Assembly: GCA_951406725.2 (NCBI GenBank)
Contig: OX597832.1
Location: 55,676,001-55,740,000 of the forward strand
Direction of reading: 5' to 3'
Source: Octopus vulgaris
Lineage: Eukaryota
DNA: 64,000 nucleotides
The notes under the pieces were generated by a model, which was not told where the DNA came from, ran no database searches, and saw nothing but the letters and a program-made list of their open reading frames with translations. A program made the position numbers and the translations under genes. This document shows, one piece after another, positions 24,942-38,197 of the stretch; position 1 is the first letter of the stretch, and the number at the start of each line of letters is the position of its first letter.

Positions 24942-25686
24942 CTTTTATCTTTTATCATTTGCTTGATTCAGTCATTAGACTGCGACCATGCTGGAGTACT
25001 GCCTTCAAGAATTTAAGCCAAACGACTCGACCCCATTTGAACTCAGAACACAGCGGCAGACGAAATATCGCAAAACATTTCGCCCGGCGTACTCTCGCTT
25101 TACTCTTTTACTTGTTTCAGTCATTTGACTGAGGCCATGCTGGAGCACCGCCTTTAGTCGACCAAATCGACCCCAGGATTTATTCTGTCGGTCTCTTTTG
25201 CCGAACCGCTAAGGCGATGAGATGGCACTCCGTCGGTTACGACGATGATGTAGGTTTTGATTGATCCGGTCAACGGAACAGCCTGCTCGTGCTTAATTTT
25301 TGAAAGCCTGCCACTTATTCTATCAGTCTCTTTTGCTGAACCGCTATGTTACGGGCACATAAACACGCCAACACCGTTTGTCAAGCGGTGGTGGGGGACA
25401 AACAGATCGAAACATACATACACACATACACACACACACACACATAAACACACACGCACACACATACACATACACACATACACACACATAAACACACAGG
25501 CACACACACATACACACACATACGACGGGTTCCTTTCAGTTTCTGTCCCCCAAATTCGCTCACAAGACTTTGGTCTGCTCGAGGCTAAAGTAGAAAACAC
25601 TTGCTGAGAGTGCCACGCGGTGCAACTGAACTCGGAACCATGTGGTTTACAAGCAAACTTCTTACCACAAGCCCACGCCTGCGCCT
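24942..25686 (-). mobile_element. SINE family A with nested A, B and tail X fragments
   Basis: Segmental matches to the families above. Confidence 0.8.
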
Positions 25687-25689
25687 AAC

Positions 25690-26110
25690 AAGTCAGCATG
25701 CATCGATGAAAACTGGGCCCCTAAATTCGTGAAGCCTCTAGTTAATCAATGCACCGATCTCTATGGGATTTATCAGTCGACAGCAAGTCACTGCATGCAT
25801 AGGTAAGAACGGAGCCCCTAAATTCGTGACGCCCCTAGTCAGATCAATGTGCCTGTCTCTATACCATTTATTAATCGACAGCAAACCACTGCATGCATAG
25901 GTAAAAACTGAGTCCCTAAACTTGTGCCACCCCTAATCAGATCAATTCATTGGGCTCTATAGCATTTATTAATCGACAGTGCACCACTGCATGCATAGGT
26001 AAAATCTGAGCCCCTAAACTCGTGACGCCCCTGGTAAGATCAATGCACTGGGCTGTGTAGTATTTATTGACAGCAAGCCACAGCAAATATATAGATCAGA
26101 GCTGGGTCCT
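25690..26110. repeat. Diverged ~97-bp tandem repeat, about 4.3 copies
   Basis: Units start near 25690, 25785, 25883, 25981 and 26075 (CACTGCATGCATAGGTAA...CCCTAAA...GATCAAT...TCGACAG). Confidence 0.88.
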
Positions 26111-26276
26111 ATTAACTATGAGGTTCCGGGCTATTGCCCAGCTAGCCCATGCTTTAAGAGATAATTGTCTGTTATCTCTTCATGGTACTACGGTTTGCCA
26201 TAGAAAACGTCATTTTTAAGTAGTATGTCAAGGACAAATGAGTCTAGTTGAATCAACCCCTCTGTCTGTCTATCTA

Positions 26277-26321
<45 letters not shown>

Positions 26322-26899
26322 GTTTGTGTGTCTCTCTCTCCTCTCTCTCTTTCTCTCTCGGTCTTTCTCTCCAGTTTATTGACTATGGGCGAAATATTAC
26401 ATATCAATAGTTAAATATCGCTGAATTATGAATCGAGTTTCTATTACATGGCAGCTAGCAATCATTTCACGCCGTCTGCCTTTCAAAGATATATTTTAAA
26501 TCGATTGACTGTTATTTAGGCTTTTATGGCTACTGAACAAGCTATTTTGGAATATCTTAGTATATACAACCTTATTTTAGAATATTTTAGTATTATAACA
26601 ATAAACCACAAAACAAATACATTACATTATTGTTGTTATAATTGTTGTTGTTGCTGTTATTATTTAGCCCCATATCAGATCTGATCGTTTCAGCCATCGC
26701 CCTTCCATTATGTTTTCAGACAGCCCATACAAGACTACATTATTTATTGTTACAGCTTTGCATATGTTTTATATATCGATTAAGACAATTGAAGTTGATT
26801 ACCAGCTCGGCAACAGAATTTAACCATTCCCTTGAATATAGCTTCGGAGCATTATGGTTGCATGCGGCTGTAACTTCGTTTCGATATGTGATTTCGTTT

Positions 26900-27681
26900 A
26901 TTCTTTTATTCTTCTACATGTTCCAGTCATTTGACTGCGGCCACGCTGGAGTGCCACCTCGAAGGGTTTTTCTTTTTAGTCGAACAAATCGACCCCAGGA
27001 CTTATCATTCTTTTTTAAAGCCTTGTACTTATTCCATCGGGTGCTTTTGCCAAACTGGTAAGTTACGGGGACGTAACCACACCAGCGCCGATTGTTAAGC
27101 GGTGAGCTGGCAGAAACGTTAGCACGCCGGGCGAAATGCGTAGCCGTATTTCGTCTGTCGTTACGTTGTGAGTTCAAATTCCACCGAGGTCGACTTTGCC
27201 TTTCATCCTTTTGGGGTCGATAAATTAAATACCAGTTACGCACTGGGGTCGATGTAATCGACTTAATACCTATGTCTGTCCTTGTTTGTCCCCTCAATGT
27301 TTAGCCCCTTGTGGGCAATAAAGAAATAGGTTGTTAAGCGGTGATGGGGGAGGAGGGAACAAACACAGACACAAAGACACACACACACACATACACACAC
27401 ACACACACACCCACACACACACACATATATATATATTGTTTGTTTGTACTCCACCTGCCTTCGTCTTTTGTTTATTTCGTAAACTTTCCCTTTATATATA
27501 TACATATATACATATATACACAATGGGCTTCTTTCAGTTTTCGTCTACCAAATTCACTCACAGGACTTTTAGTAGGCTCAAGGCTATACTAGAAGAACAC
27601 TTGCTCAAAGTGTCACACAGTGGAACCCAGAACCATGTGGTTGGGAAGCAAGCTTCTTGCCACACATTCACGCCTGCGCCT
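26900..27681 (-). mobile_element. SINE family A containing a plus-strand SINE B (27097-27329)
   Basis: B insertion bounded by duplicated TTGTTAAGCGGTGA. Confidence 0.88.
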
Positions 27682-27943
27682 GTATAAAGTAAATCATTAA
27701 AAAAAATTTTTTTTCCCAATTTGATAAAAGTGTATGGTGAAACATTCATTAAATTTTGTAAGATGGTAATGTATTTCGAGGTAAGTTAGTTGCTATTTCC
27801 TGCAAGTCAACAAACCAAGTAAATAAATTCTTTCTCGTGAACTTGAAAGAAAATAGTTAATGTTAAGGAATTCGGTGAAAAGTCTGAGAGTTTCAATATC
27901 ATTCAGACAGTTCTAAAGTATTTCAGAACATAGTAGATGGATG

Positions 27944-28100
27944 CATTATTTACATTATTTACATTTGATGGATATTTGTCCTCATCTTGTTTGTTGTTAA
28001 CACAACATTTTGGCTTATATGCCCTCCAGCCTTCATCAGGTGTCCTTGGGGAAATTTCGAACCCGGCTTCTCATTCCTAAGGTATTTTTCGATGTTGTTG

Positions 28101-28168
<68 letters not shown>

Positions 28169-28366
28169 TTTAACATCTATAAATACCTTAGGGATGAGAA
28201 CCCGGGTTCGAAATTTCCTCAAGACACCTGATGAAGGCTGGAGGGTATATCAGCCGAAACGTTGTGTTAACAACAAACAAAATGAGGACAAATATCCGTC
28301 AAAAGCAAATAATGTAAATAATGTAAATAATGTACATAATTCCTCATCTCTTAAATATAGAACTGT
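27944..28366 (+). mobile_element. Non-autonomous Penelope-like element: inverted pseudo-LTR pair around (TTA)n, with 3' tail and TSD
   Basis: ~150-bp inverted arms; right arm has an extra ~34-43 nt tail; TSD ATAGTAGAT(G/A)GATG at 27930-27943 and 28367-28380; hammerhead motif in each arm. Confidence 0.8.
28224..28267 (+). ncRNA. Minimal type-I hammerhead ribozyme, intact core
   Basis: ACAC-CUGAUGA-A-GGCUG(GAGGGUAUAU)CAGCC-GAAA-CG-UU-GUGU. Confidence 0.82.
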
Positions 28367-28839
28367 ATAGTAGATAGATGTCACACATATCACAGAGTAG
28401 GTTATCGAAACATTCTTTGTCACAAACTGCCCAAATCTTAAAAGTAACGCGGTAACCACAAAATCTTCAAGAGGCGTTGGACGTTTTAGAAACTGCAACC
28501 AAATCCTAGTATATTCTTCCAGAGCAAATCTGCGATATTTTTCAGAAAACAAACCAAATTTTTCAGGCCAAAATTTATTGCCAGACAAAGTAGGTCGACT
28601 TATATGTGAAGTCGACTTATATGTGAAATCGACTTTGGAGAACCAAAAGCTCAATGTGAAATGCAGCTGGATTTAGAAAGATAGTGACGATGTTTACACC
28701 GCAGGTCCACCATGACGGCTTACAACAAAAGTTTATTTACCCGTTAATTCGCTTTATACTTTGTGTTCACATTGATGTGCGATTATAATCGTAAATACAA
28801 GTGAATAATAAAAATAAAATTTGAAGTAATTAATCATTA

Positions 28840-29147
28840 GGCGCAGGAGTGGCTGTGTGGTAAGTAGCTTGCTAACCAACCACATGGTTCCGGGTTCAGT
28901 CCCACTGTGTGGCATCTTGGGCAAGTGTCTTCTGCTATAGCCCCGGGCCGACCAATGCCTTGTGAGTGGATTTGGTAGACGGAAACTGAAAGAAGCCTGT
29001 CGTATATATGTATATATATATATGTATGTGTTTGTGTGTCTGTGTTTGTCCACCTAGCATTGCTTGACAACCGATGCCGGTGTGTTTACGTTCCCGTCAC
29101 TTAGCGGTTCGGCAAAAGAGACCGATAGAATAAGTACTGGGCTTTAC
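28840..29147 (+). mobile_element. 3'-truncated SINE family A flanked by a 66-bp direct duplication
   Basis: 28774-28839 equals 29153-29218 with one mismatch. Confidence 0.92.
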
Positions 29148-29279
29148 GCAAAGATGTGCGATTATAATCGTAAATACAGGTGAATAATAAAAATAAAATT
29201 TGAAGTAATTAATCATTATTTTTTTTATTTCCCGTTTTTTTTTTATCCAGTTGTAAAATCCTCCATTTCCCCTCTTTTA

Positions 29280-29590
29280 TTCTTTTTCATTCTCTTTTAC
29301 TTGTTTCGATCATTTGACTGCGGCCATGCTGGAGCACCGCCTTTAGTCGAACAAATCGACCCCATGACTTATTCTCTGTAAGCCTAGTACTTATTCTATC
29401 GGTCTCTTTGGCCGAACCGCTAAGTTGTCAAGCGATGTTGGGGTGGACAAACACAGACACATAAAAACACACACATATATACATATATATATATATACGG
29501 CGGGCTTCTTTCAGTTTCCGTCTACCAAATCCACTCACAAGGCTTTGGTTGGCTCGAGGCTATAGTAAAAGACACTTGCCTAAGGTGCTA
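29280..29590 (-). mobile_element. SINE family A (5'-truncated)
   Basis: Reverse match to family A. Confidence 0.88.
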
Positions 29591-29768
29591 CAAAGAAAGG
29601 TCTGTTGGAATAACTATTCGGGAGAAAGAGGATCGACTTATACCATGAATATAGACTTAGACATCGATACGTTTTTATTGAAAAAAATCTACGACATATA
29701 AATTACATCGACCTTTACACCGGAAAAGTATGGTATTTCGTCAGCATTAGATAACAATGGATTTAAAG

Positions 29769-30177
29769 GAAGGTGGCGAATTGGCAGAAACGTTAGCACG
29801 CCGGGCGAAATACTTAGCGGTATTTCGTCTGCCTCTACGTTCTGAGTTCAAATTCCGCCGAGGTCGACTTTGCCTTTCGTCCTTTTTGGGTCGATTAAAT
29901 AAGTACCAGTTACGCACTAAGGTCGATATAATCGACTTAATCCGTTTGTCTGTCCTTGTTTGTCCCCTCTGTGTTTAGCCCTTTGTGGGTAGTAAAGAAA
30001 TAGAAATAGGTATTTCGTCTGCCGCTACATTTTGAGTTCAAATTCCGCCGAGGTCGAATTTGCCTTTCATCCTTTCGGCATCGATGAATTAAGTACTAGT
30101 TGCATACTGGGGTCGATGTAGTCGACTGGCCCACTCACCCAAAATTTCGAGCCTTGTGCCTAGAGTAGAGAAGAATA
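29769..30177 (+). mobile_element. SINE family B
   Basis: Head, two units and tail. Confidence 0.92.
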
Positions 30178-30590
30178 TTTGCTTTAAAGAATGTAGAACT
30201 TCGTGATGTTTTAGCAAATTGTGGTATAAATTCCTACGTAGTTTTTCCATTCCTTGATTCACTTCCGTCATGCAATTTGATATACGAAAATTTTCAATCA
30301 TAAATGTCGACCCTTACTGCTAGAAAATTTAGCTGGTATTTAATCAGATGTTCGGTTTGTCATATTTATTTGATTAAAAATGTTTATTACATTTTATGGC
30401 ATAATATTCCTGTCTGCAGGAAATTCTTTTTTGGTTTTTATCTTCTATCCAAAATAATAAAGCTTTTTCCATTGTTTCTTGTTTCAATAATGTTATTTCA
30501 TGTCTGTCTATTACGTGTTTTGAACTTATTGAAACACCTGCGGTTATATTAAATTTCGTTTTTTTTTTTTTTTGATATTGCTTCATTCTA
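30178..30590 (-). pseudogene. Degenerate pogo/Tigger transposase fragment (CENP-B-type HTH)
   Basis: MEKALLFWIEDKNQKRI followed, after frameshifts, by an FxxSKG-like segment and KQIF; resembles the Tigger N-terminus. Confidence 0.6.
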
Positions 30591-30594
30591 TATC

Positions 30595-31295
30595 AGTTTC
30601 AAATTTTGGCACAAGGCCAGAAAATCCTGGGGAAGAAGCAGTCGATTACATCGACCTGTGTTCAACTGGTACTTCACTTATCTACCCCGAAAGGATGAAT
30701 GTTCACTTTAACGGGATTTGAACTCAGAACGACGAAATCCTTTCGGAGTCGATAAATTAAGTACCAGTTACGCACTAGAGTCGATCTAATCGACTTAATC
30801 CGTTTTTCTGTCCTTGTTTGTCCCCTCTATGTTTAGCCCCTTGTGGGCAATAAAGAAATAAGAAACATTAGCACGCTGGGCGACATGCTTAAACGGTATT
30901 TCATCTGTCTTTACGTTCTGAGTTAAAATTCCGCCGAGGTCGACTTTGCTTTTCATCTTTTCGGAGATCGATAAATTAAGTACCATTTGCGTACTGGGAT
31001 CGATTTAATCGACTGGCCCCCTCACCCAAAATTTCAGGGCTTGTGCCGAGGGTAGAAAATAACATCTAGTAAAGCGGCGAGCTGGCAAAAACGTTACCAC
31101 GTCGGGCGAAACCCTTAGCGGTATTTCGTCTGACTTTACGTTCTGAGTTCAAATTCCGCCGAGGTCGACTTTGCCTTTCATCCTTTCGGAATCGATAAAT
31201 TAAGTACCAGTTGCGTACTGGGGTCGATCTAATCGACTGGTCCCCTCCCCCCAAATTTCAGGGCTTGTGCCTAGATTAGAAAAGATTATTTTTAT
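30595..31295. mobile_element. Cluster of SINE family B copies
   Basis: One minus fragment, then plus copies at 30740-31060 and 31073-31290. Confidence 0.88.
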
Positions 31296-31339
31296 TATTA
31301 TTATGATTATTATTAAGGCAGCGAGAGTACAAAAGAATT

Positions 31340-31778
31340 ATCGTTCAGTTTTCTCCTTGGACTGCGGCCATGCTGGAGCGCCGCCTTGAATGTTTTTTTT
31401 TTTCAGTCGAAAATATTTGATCCCAGTAGTTATTTTTTCAAAACCTGATGCTTACACATTCGGTCTCTTTTGCTGAACCGCTAAGTTACCGAGACATAAA
31501 CAAACCAACACCAGCTGGTGGTAGGGGAGAAACACAAACACACAAGTACGCGCGCATACACACGCACACAAACACACACATACACATGCACATACACACA
31601 CGCACATATGTATATACGACAGGTTTCTTTGAGCTTCCATCTGCCATATACACTTACAGGGCTTCGGTCGGTCCGGGACTGTAGTGAAGACACTTGTTCA
31701 AGGTGCAGCGCTGCAGGACCGAACTGAAAACCATGTGTTCAGAAAGCAAGCGTCTCAGCGCACAGCCATTCCTGCACC
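31340..31778 (-). mobile_element. SINE family A (diverged)
   Basis: Reverse match to family A. Confidence 0.82.
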
Positions 31779-32077
31779 TAATCCAAGGTTTTCTCGAAGA
31801 CATTAAAGTATAAATAATGTGAATTCAGCCATAAATTGAGGCAACCTCACAGACTGGGTTGAATTCACAAGAATCGTTGTTATGTTTTAGCGGGTTTATC
31901 CAACCGTGACAACCTCATGTTTTTTGTGTACTCTATACTGCAATGTCTGATATGTGTCTTGGATATTTTGGTTAAGCATCGTACACAAGTTCCATTTTTA
32001 GTTTTCTAATGTCCATGGCTTTGCCAAAGATGATTAAATATAATAAAGAGAATTTACTTCAATTACCACAAATAAAG

Positions 32078-32380
32078 TGTGGAGGCACATGGCCTAGTGG
32101 TTAGAGCAGCGGACTCGCGGTCGAGGGATCGCGGGTTCGAATCTCAGACCGTGCGATGTGTGTGTTTATGAGCGAAACTCCTAAGCTCCACGCGGCTCTG
32201 GCAGAAGGTAATGGCGAACTTCTGCTGACTCTTTCGCCACAACTTTCTCTCACTCTTTCTTCCTGCATCTTGCTGCTCACCTGCGATGGACCGGCGTTCC
32301 GTCCAGGTGGGGAACTTATACGCCAAGGAAACCGGGAAACCGGCCCTTATGAGCTAGGCTCAAGAATGAACAAACAACAA
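32078..32380 (+). mobile_element. tRNA-derived SINE family C2 (head1 + V-domain-like tail)
   Basis: Clear A box TGGCCTAGTGG and B box GGTTCGAATC; homologous to 34293-34575 and 55528-55825. Confidence 0.92.
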
Positions 32381-32609
32381 CCAAAAATAAAAACCACTGA
32401 AAGTGTGCCACGGTCTAGCCTCGACAGGAGCATACCACTTAGACTCATACATACACATTACTCGCCAATATATGGGAAACCACATATTTAATAGACACTA
32501 TGCCTTGTGTTAACCTTCCAAGCATCTAAAATCCCACCCAAGTTCTTTCTTAATGTTAACTTCTTCACACGTTTTAAAGAAATGCTAAAACAAAACAATA
32601 AAAACGTAC

Positions 32610-32799
32610 ATTTTCTATTGGAAATATTTCGAGATAATTGGCATTTGTGTAATGTCGGCACTGAGATTTGTTGTTCTTCAGATGTCATGTCATCCGAGGA
32701 ATAATACTTTCCTGGTTTTTCTGAAGAATTTTTAAGAGGATTCGGTCTTTTGAAAGCATCATCAAATGTGGTTATATATCTACTTCCAAAGGACGCCAT
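32610..32799 (-). CDS. Possible coding exon (MASFGSRYITTFDDAFKRPNP...ISNRK), product unknown
   Basis: Non-repetitive ORF with ATGG context and candidate donor GTACGT at 32609-32604; no recognised domain or partner exon. Confidence 0.25.
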
Positions 32800-33019
32800 T
32801 CAAATCTGTGTAAACAAACTGTCCTTTTAAAGTTCCTCGCAGATATGACAAGATCTTGCCGGCTTTTAATTATTCTTACAGATTTACCATTATTCGGTAA
32901 GTCTTGCACGCTTCCTTTCAGCTATAAATACTTTCAAGATAGACTTTCGCTCAACTGTGAACAATGGCACACACTTAAACACATATAGGAATTACATAAA
33001 CATCACGAAACATAATACA

Positions 33020-33645
<626 letters not shown>

Positions 33646-33794
33646 TCTTATTTCTAGCAATAACTGTGCTTTTATCACTTACAGTCACAATCAGAGACGA
33701 CGAAAATTTCCGTTTGTCTTCGCATTGCGGCTTGCTGCTTATATCCATTCGTATATGTATTCTTTTGTATTCTGCTTTCTTGTACGCGTTCTAG

Positions 33795-34150
33795 TCGTTT
33801 GACTGCGGCCATGCTGGAGCACCGACTTTAGTCGAAAAAACAAAATAAATATCGACTCCACCCACCCAGGACTTATTCTTTGGAAGCCTAGGACTTATTC
33901 TATCGGTGGTTTTTTTTGCCGAACTGCTAAGTTACGCGGACTTAAACACACCAACATCGGTTGTCAAGCGATGGTGGAGGGACAAACACACACACACATA
34001 CATATACGACGGGCTTCTTTCAGTTTCCGTCTACCAAATCCACTCACACGGTTTTGGTTGTCTTGTGACTATAGTAGAAGACCTTTGCCCAAGGTGATAC
34101 GCGGTGGAACTGAACCCGGAACCATGTGGTTAGGAAGCATGCTTCTTACC
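33795..34150 (-). mobile_element. SINE family A
   Basis: Reverse match to family A. Confidence 0.88.
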
Positions 34151-34175
34151 ATACACACACTTATGTATGTGTGTG

Positions 34176-34213
<38 letters not shown>

Positions 34214-34223
34214 CATACATGTA

Positions 34224-34269
<46 letters not shown>

Positions 34270-34292
34270 AATATTTTTAGATATAGGACTAT

Positions 34293-34593
34293 TGTTTGTT
34301 ACTTCTCGAGCCATGCCTGGCTCATAAGGGCCGGTTTCCCGGCTTCCTTGGCGTATAGGTTCCCCACCTGGACGGGACGCCAGTCCGTCATAGGTGAGCT
34401 ACAAGATGCAGGAGGAAAGAGTGAGAAAAAGTTGTGGCGAAAGAGTCAGCAGAAGTTCGCCATTACCTTCTGCCGCAGCCGCGTGGAGCTTAGGTGTTTT
34501 GCTCATAAACACACACATCGCCCGGTCTGAGATTCGAACCCGCTATCCCTCGACCGCAAGTCCGCTGCTCTAACCTTCACAGATATAGGACTA

Positions 34594-34681
<88 letters not shown>

Positions 34682-34873
34682 TGTATATTCATACTTACGT
34701 TCTTATGTTTTGCCCATAAATACACACATCGCCCAGTCTGAGATTCGAACCCGCAATCCCTCGACCGCGAGTCCGCTACTTTAACCACTAGGCCATAAGC
34801 CTCCGCAGATATAGTACTATGTGTGTGTGTGTGTGTGTGTGTGTATATTCATACTTACGTTCTTATGTTTTGC
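34293..34873 (-). mobile_element. SINE family C2 with tandem duplication of its head and flank
   Basis: TSD AGATATAGGACTAT at about 34279 and 34581; head plus flank repeated at 34706-34873. Confidence 0.88.
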
Positions 34874-34902
34874 TTATATTTTATATTCATATATATATGT
34901 AT

Positions 34903-34998
<96 letters not shown>

Positions 34999-35511
34999 GT
35001 GAGTACCAGGAAGAGATGCGTGACTGAATCTAAAAAAAAGTCATCGCAGTACAAAGTAAAAGCTGTCCAGTTCGTATTTCACGAAGAGGTAACGTAAGAA
35101 GAAGTCCATCCCCGAAGAAGGCCAAGCGGAAACATATGTTTCAGACATCGCACTAAACACAACAACATCAACAACAACAACGGCAACGACGACGACGACG
35201 ATGATGATGATGATGATGATGATATTTAATGATTGTTTTAACATATTTAGGTCCGGTTTTCGGGACAAATGCATAAACACTTATCAGCTCACACTCACTG
35301 TCACCGAGTTTATGACGTGTGTGTATGTGTGAGAGAGAGAGAGTGAGAGAGAGAGAGGGGGAGAGAGAGAGAGAAAGGAAGAGAGAGTGGGGGAATGAGA
35401 GAGAGAGAGAAAGAAAGAGAGAGAGGAGAATGAGAGAGAGAGAAAGAAAGAGAGAGAGAGTGTGTGTGTGTACGTGTGTATACGAATGTTTGTATGCGTG
35501 CGTACATGTTT

Positions 35512-35557
<46 letters not shown>

Positions 35558-35784
35558 GCGCGTGTGTGTGCGTGCGTGCGTGTTGTTTTATTGTGCTGTG
35601 GCTCTTTGGCTTTCAGTTGCATATTTTCTCGATATTAAAGCCTTTGTAGTTTCTCCATTACATCTCATTTTTTTGCCATCTCTTTAACATATACAAGCGG
35701 CGACAGTTATCTTTCTATCTATCGTTCTATCTCTCTGTCTGTCCGCATTTCTGTCTGTCAGTTTATCTACCTCTCTATATATTC

Positions 35785-36465
35785 GACTTAATCCGTTTGT
35801 CTGTCCTTCTTTGTCTTCTCTGTGTTTAGCCCCTTGTGGGTAGTAAAGAAATAGGTATTTCGTCTGCCGTTACGTTCTGAGTTCAAATTCCGCCGAGGTC
35901 GACTTTGTCTTTCATTCTTTCGGGGTCGATAAATTAAGTACCAGTTGCGTACTGAGGTCAATATAATCGACTGGCCCACCAAGATTTCGGGTTTTGCGCC
36001 TCGAGTAGAAAAGTATATTTGGCACGAAGCTAGAAATTTTAAAGAGAGGGGTAAGCAGACAACATCGAATCCAGTACTCAGTCGGTACTTATCTTATCGA
36101 CCCCAAATGGAAAGAATGAAAGGCGAAGTCGACCTTTGCGGCATTTGCCTTTCAGAACGTAAAACTGGACGAAAGAGCCCTCAGCATTTCCCCCGGCGTG
36201 CCAGCGATTCTGCCAGATCGCCGTCTTACGGCCATCTTATAACAATAACCTTTCTACTAAAGACACAAAGCGTGAAATTTTGGGGGAGACGGGGCCAGTC
36301 GATTACATCGAGCCCTGTAATAAACTGGTACTTGTTTTATCGACGCCGAAAAGGATGAAAGGCAAAGTAGACGCCGGCAGCATTTGAAACCGAAGCGTAA
36401 AGACGGTCGAAATGTCGCTAAGCATTTTGTGCGACGGACTAACGCTTCTGCCAAACTCGTTGCTT
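35785..36465. mobile_element. Cluster of three SINE family B copies
   Basis: Plus 35785-36015; minus 36020-36225 and 36255-36465. Confidence 0.85.
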
Positions 36466-36589
36466 TACAATAAAGGAAAATGCAAGAAATTAGAGCAGAA
36501 ACTCGTTCTAAATTTTCTGGATATCTTTACTTTGTTGCCAAACATGTTTTCAAGCTTTATTCAATGTGATGTTTGGCTTGGTGTCTCCA

Positions 36590-36724
36590 ATTTGTTTGTT
36601 TGTTTGTTTGTTTCTTTCTTTCTTCATTACTTGTTTCTTTCTTCTTTTCTTTTCTTTCTGTCCTTCCTTCCTTCTTTCTTTACTTCTTTCTTTCTTTCTT
36701 TCTTTCTTTCTTTCCTTCTTTCCT

Positions 36725-36760
<36 letters not shown>

Positions 36761-37018
36761 TCCTTCTTTCTTTCTTTCTTTCCTTCCTTTCTTCCTTCCT
36801 TCCTTCCTTCCTTCTTTTCTTTCTTTCCTTCTTTCATTCATTCTTTCTTTCTTTCCTTCTTCCTTCCTTCCTTCCTGCCTTCTTTCGTTCTTTCTTTCTT
36901 TCTTTCTTTCTTTCTTTCCTTCTTTCTTCCTATCTTTTTTCTTTCTTTTTCGTTGTTGTTATTATTTACCACCACCACCACCACCACCGTCACCACCACC
37001 ACCACCACCACCACCACG
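36590..37018. repeat. (TTTC)n/(TTCC)n polypyrimidine tract plus (CAC)n
   Basis: Directly visible. Confidence 0.95.
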
Positions 37019-37720
37019 AAATAAGTAAAGTCGCCAGACAAGTATATTTAGCATTTAATATCTATCTGCATCCATTTCGAGATAATATTTTAAAACTACG
37101 GATCAGTCCTTTTCGCCACTGTAATGTTTTCCTCCATCTTTAGTGCAACTAGCCTGTGACATTCAACACGTCTGTCTCTCGCCTCTAAATTGATACGTTC
37201 GACATTATTAATCTGGTTTTGTGTTGGCCACGTGATCAAGCTGTCACAACGAAAGCGAATCTTCTGTAATATGCCATTTATTACTCACTCTACGGCAATA
37301 TGCAAGATTATACGGACAAAATGGCGGAGATTTGTCACTTTTGTTTTTTCTCCTAAAACTGATCACAACATTCAGCTTTTATCTTTCATGCCTTATCTTT
37401 CACCTTTTATTTGTTTAAGTCATTGATCTACGGCCATCGTGGGGCACCGCCTGGAAGAGTGTAGTCGAATAGGTCGATACTAATGTTAAAATTTTTTTTT
37501 TTTTTAATGTGTTGTACTTATCTTAGCGGCCTCTTTTAATGAACCGCTCAATTGCAGGGATGTAAACAAGCGAACAGTAGTTGTCAAACGGTGGGGGTGG
37601 GGTGAAGGAGTGGGGGTATCAGGGGGACAGAAACATAAGCGCAAAGGCATTCACACACACGCACGCATGCACACACACATACACACACACGCACACACTT
37701 ATATATACATATATAAAAAT

Positions 37721-37767
<47 letters not shown>

Positions 37768-37832
37768 CAGACATATATATTTATACGTACATATATATAT
37801 ATACACACAGACATATATACATACGTATATAA

Positions 37833-37912
<80 letters not shown>

Positions 37913-37931
37913 GTTATATATATATATATAT

Positions 37932-38146
37932 AATTGCAGTGGAAGGTGTTTGTAAGCCATTTAAGAAACACACGTCGCGGATTTTAGCGACGAAAATATT
38001 TTGTCAAATTAAACTTGAATGTTGAAGTGAATCGAACGGCTTTTGTGTGTTTCTTAAATGGCTTACAAACACCTTCCACTCTGCAATTGTTTTCGTTTCA
38101 GCACACGATCTCAGATCAAATCACTTGCTATGCGAGTACATCTCCG

Positions 38147-38148
<2 letters not shown>
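37932..38148 (+). mobile_element. Fold-back insert in (TA)n carrying the 3' half of a hammerhead
   Basis: 37932-37974 is inverted relative to 38045-38089; spacer starts GTCGC(GGATTTTA)GCGAC-GAAA-ATAT-TT, homologous to 57158-57208. Confidence 0.78.

Positions 38149-38197
<49 letters not shown>

Noticed and set aside
25690-26110. CRISPR-like periodic array
   Set aside because: Whole units are homologous with no unique spacers; eukaryotic context and no cas genes.
28530-29735. pogo/Tc1-like MITE suggested by repeated GTCGACTTATA and an AAAAGTATGGTA end
   Set aside because: A matching left TIR could not be found, so the boundaries are unsupported.
32078-32155. tRNA gene-like sequences (also near 12340-12412, 55755-55825, 8310-8378)
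   Set aside because: They continue into SINE bodies with TSDs and lack a proper acceptor stem and terminator; they are SINE heads.
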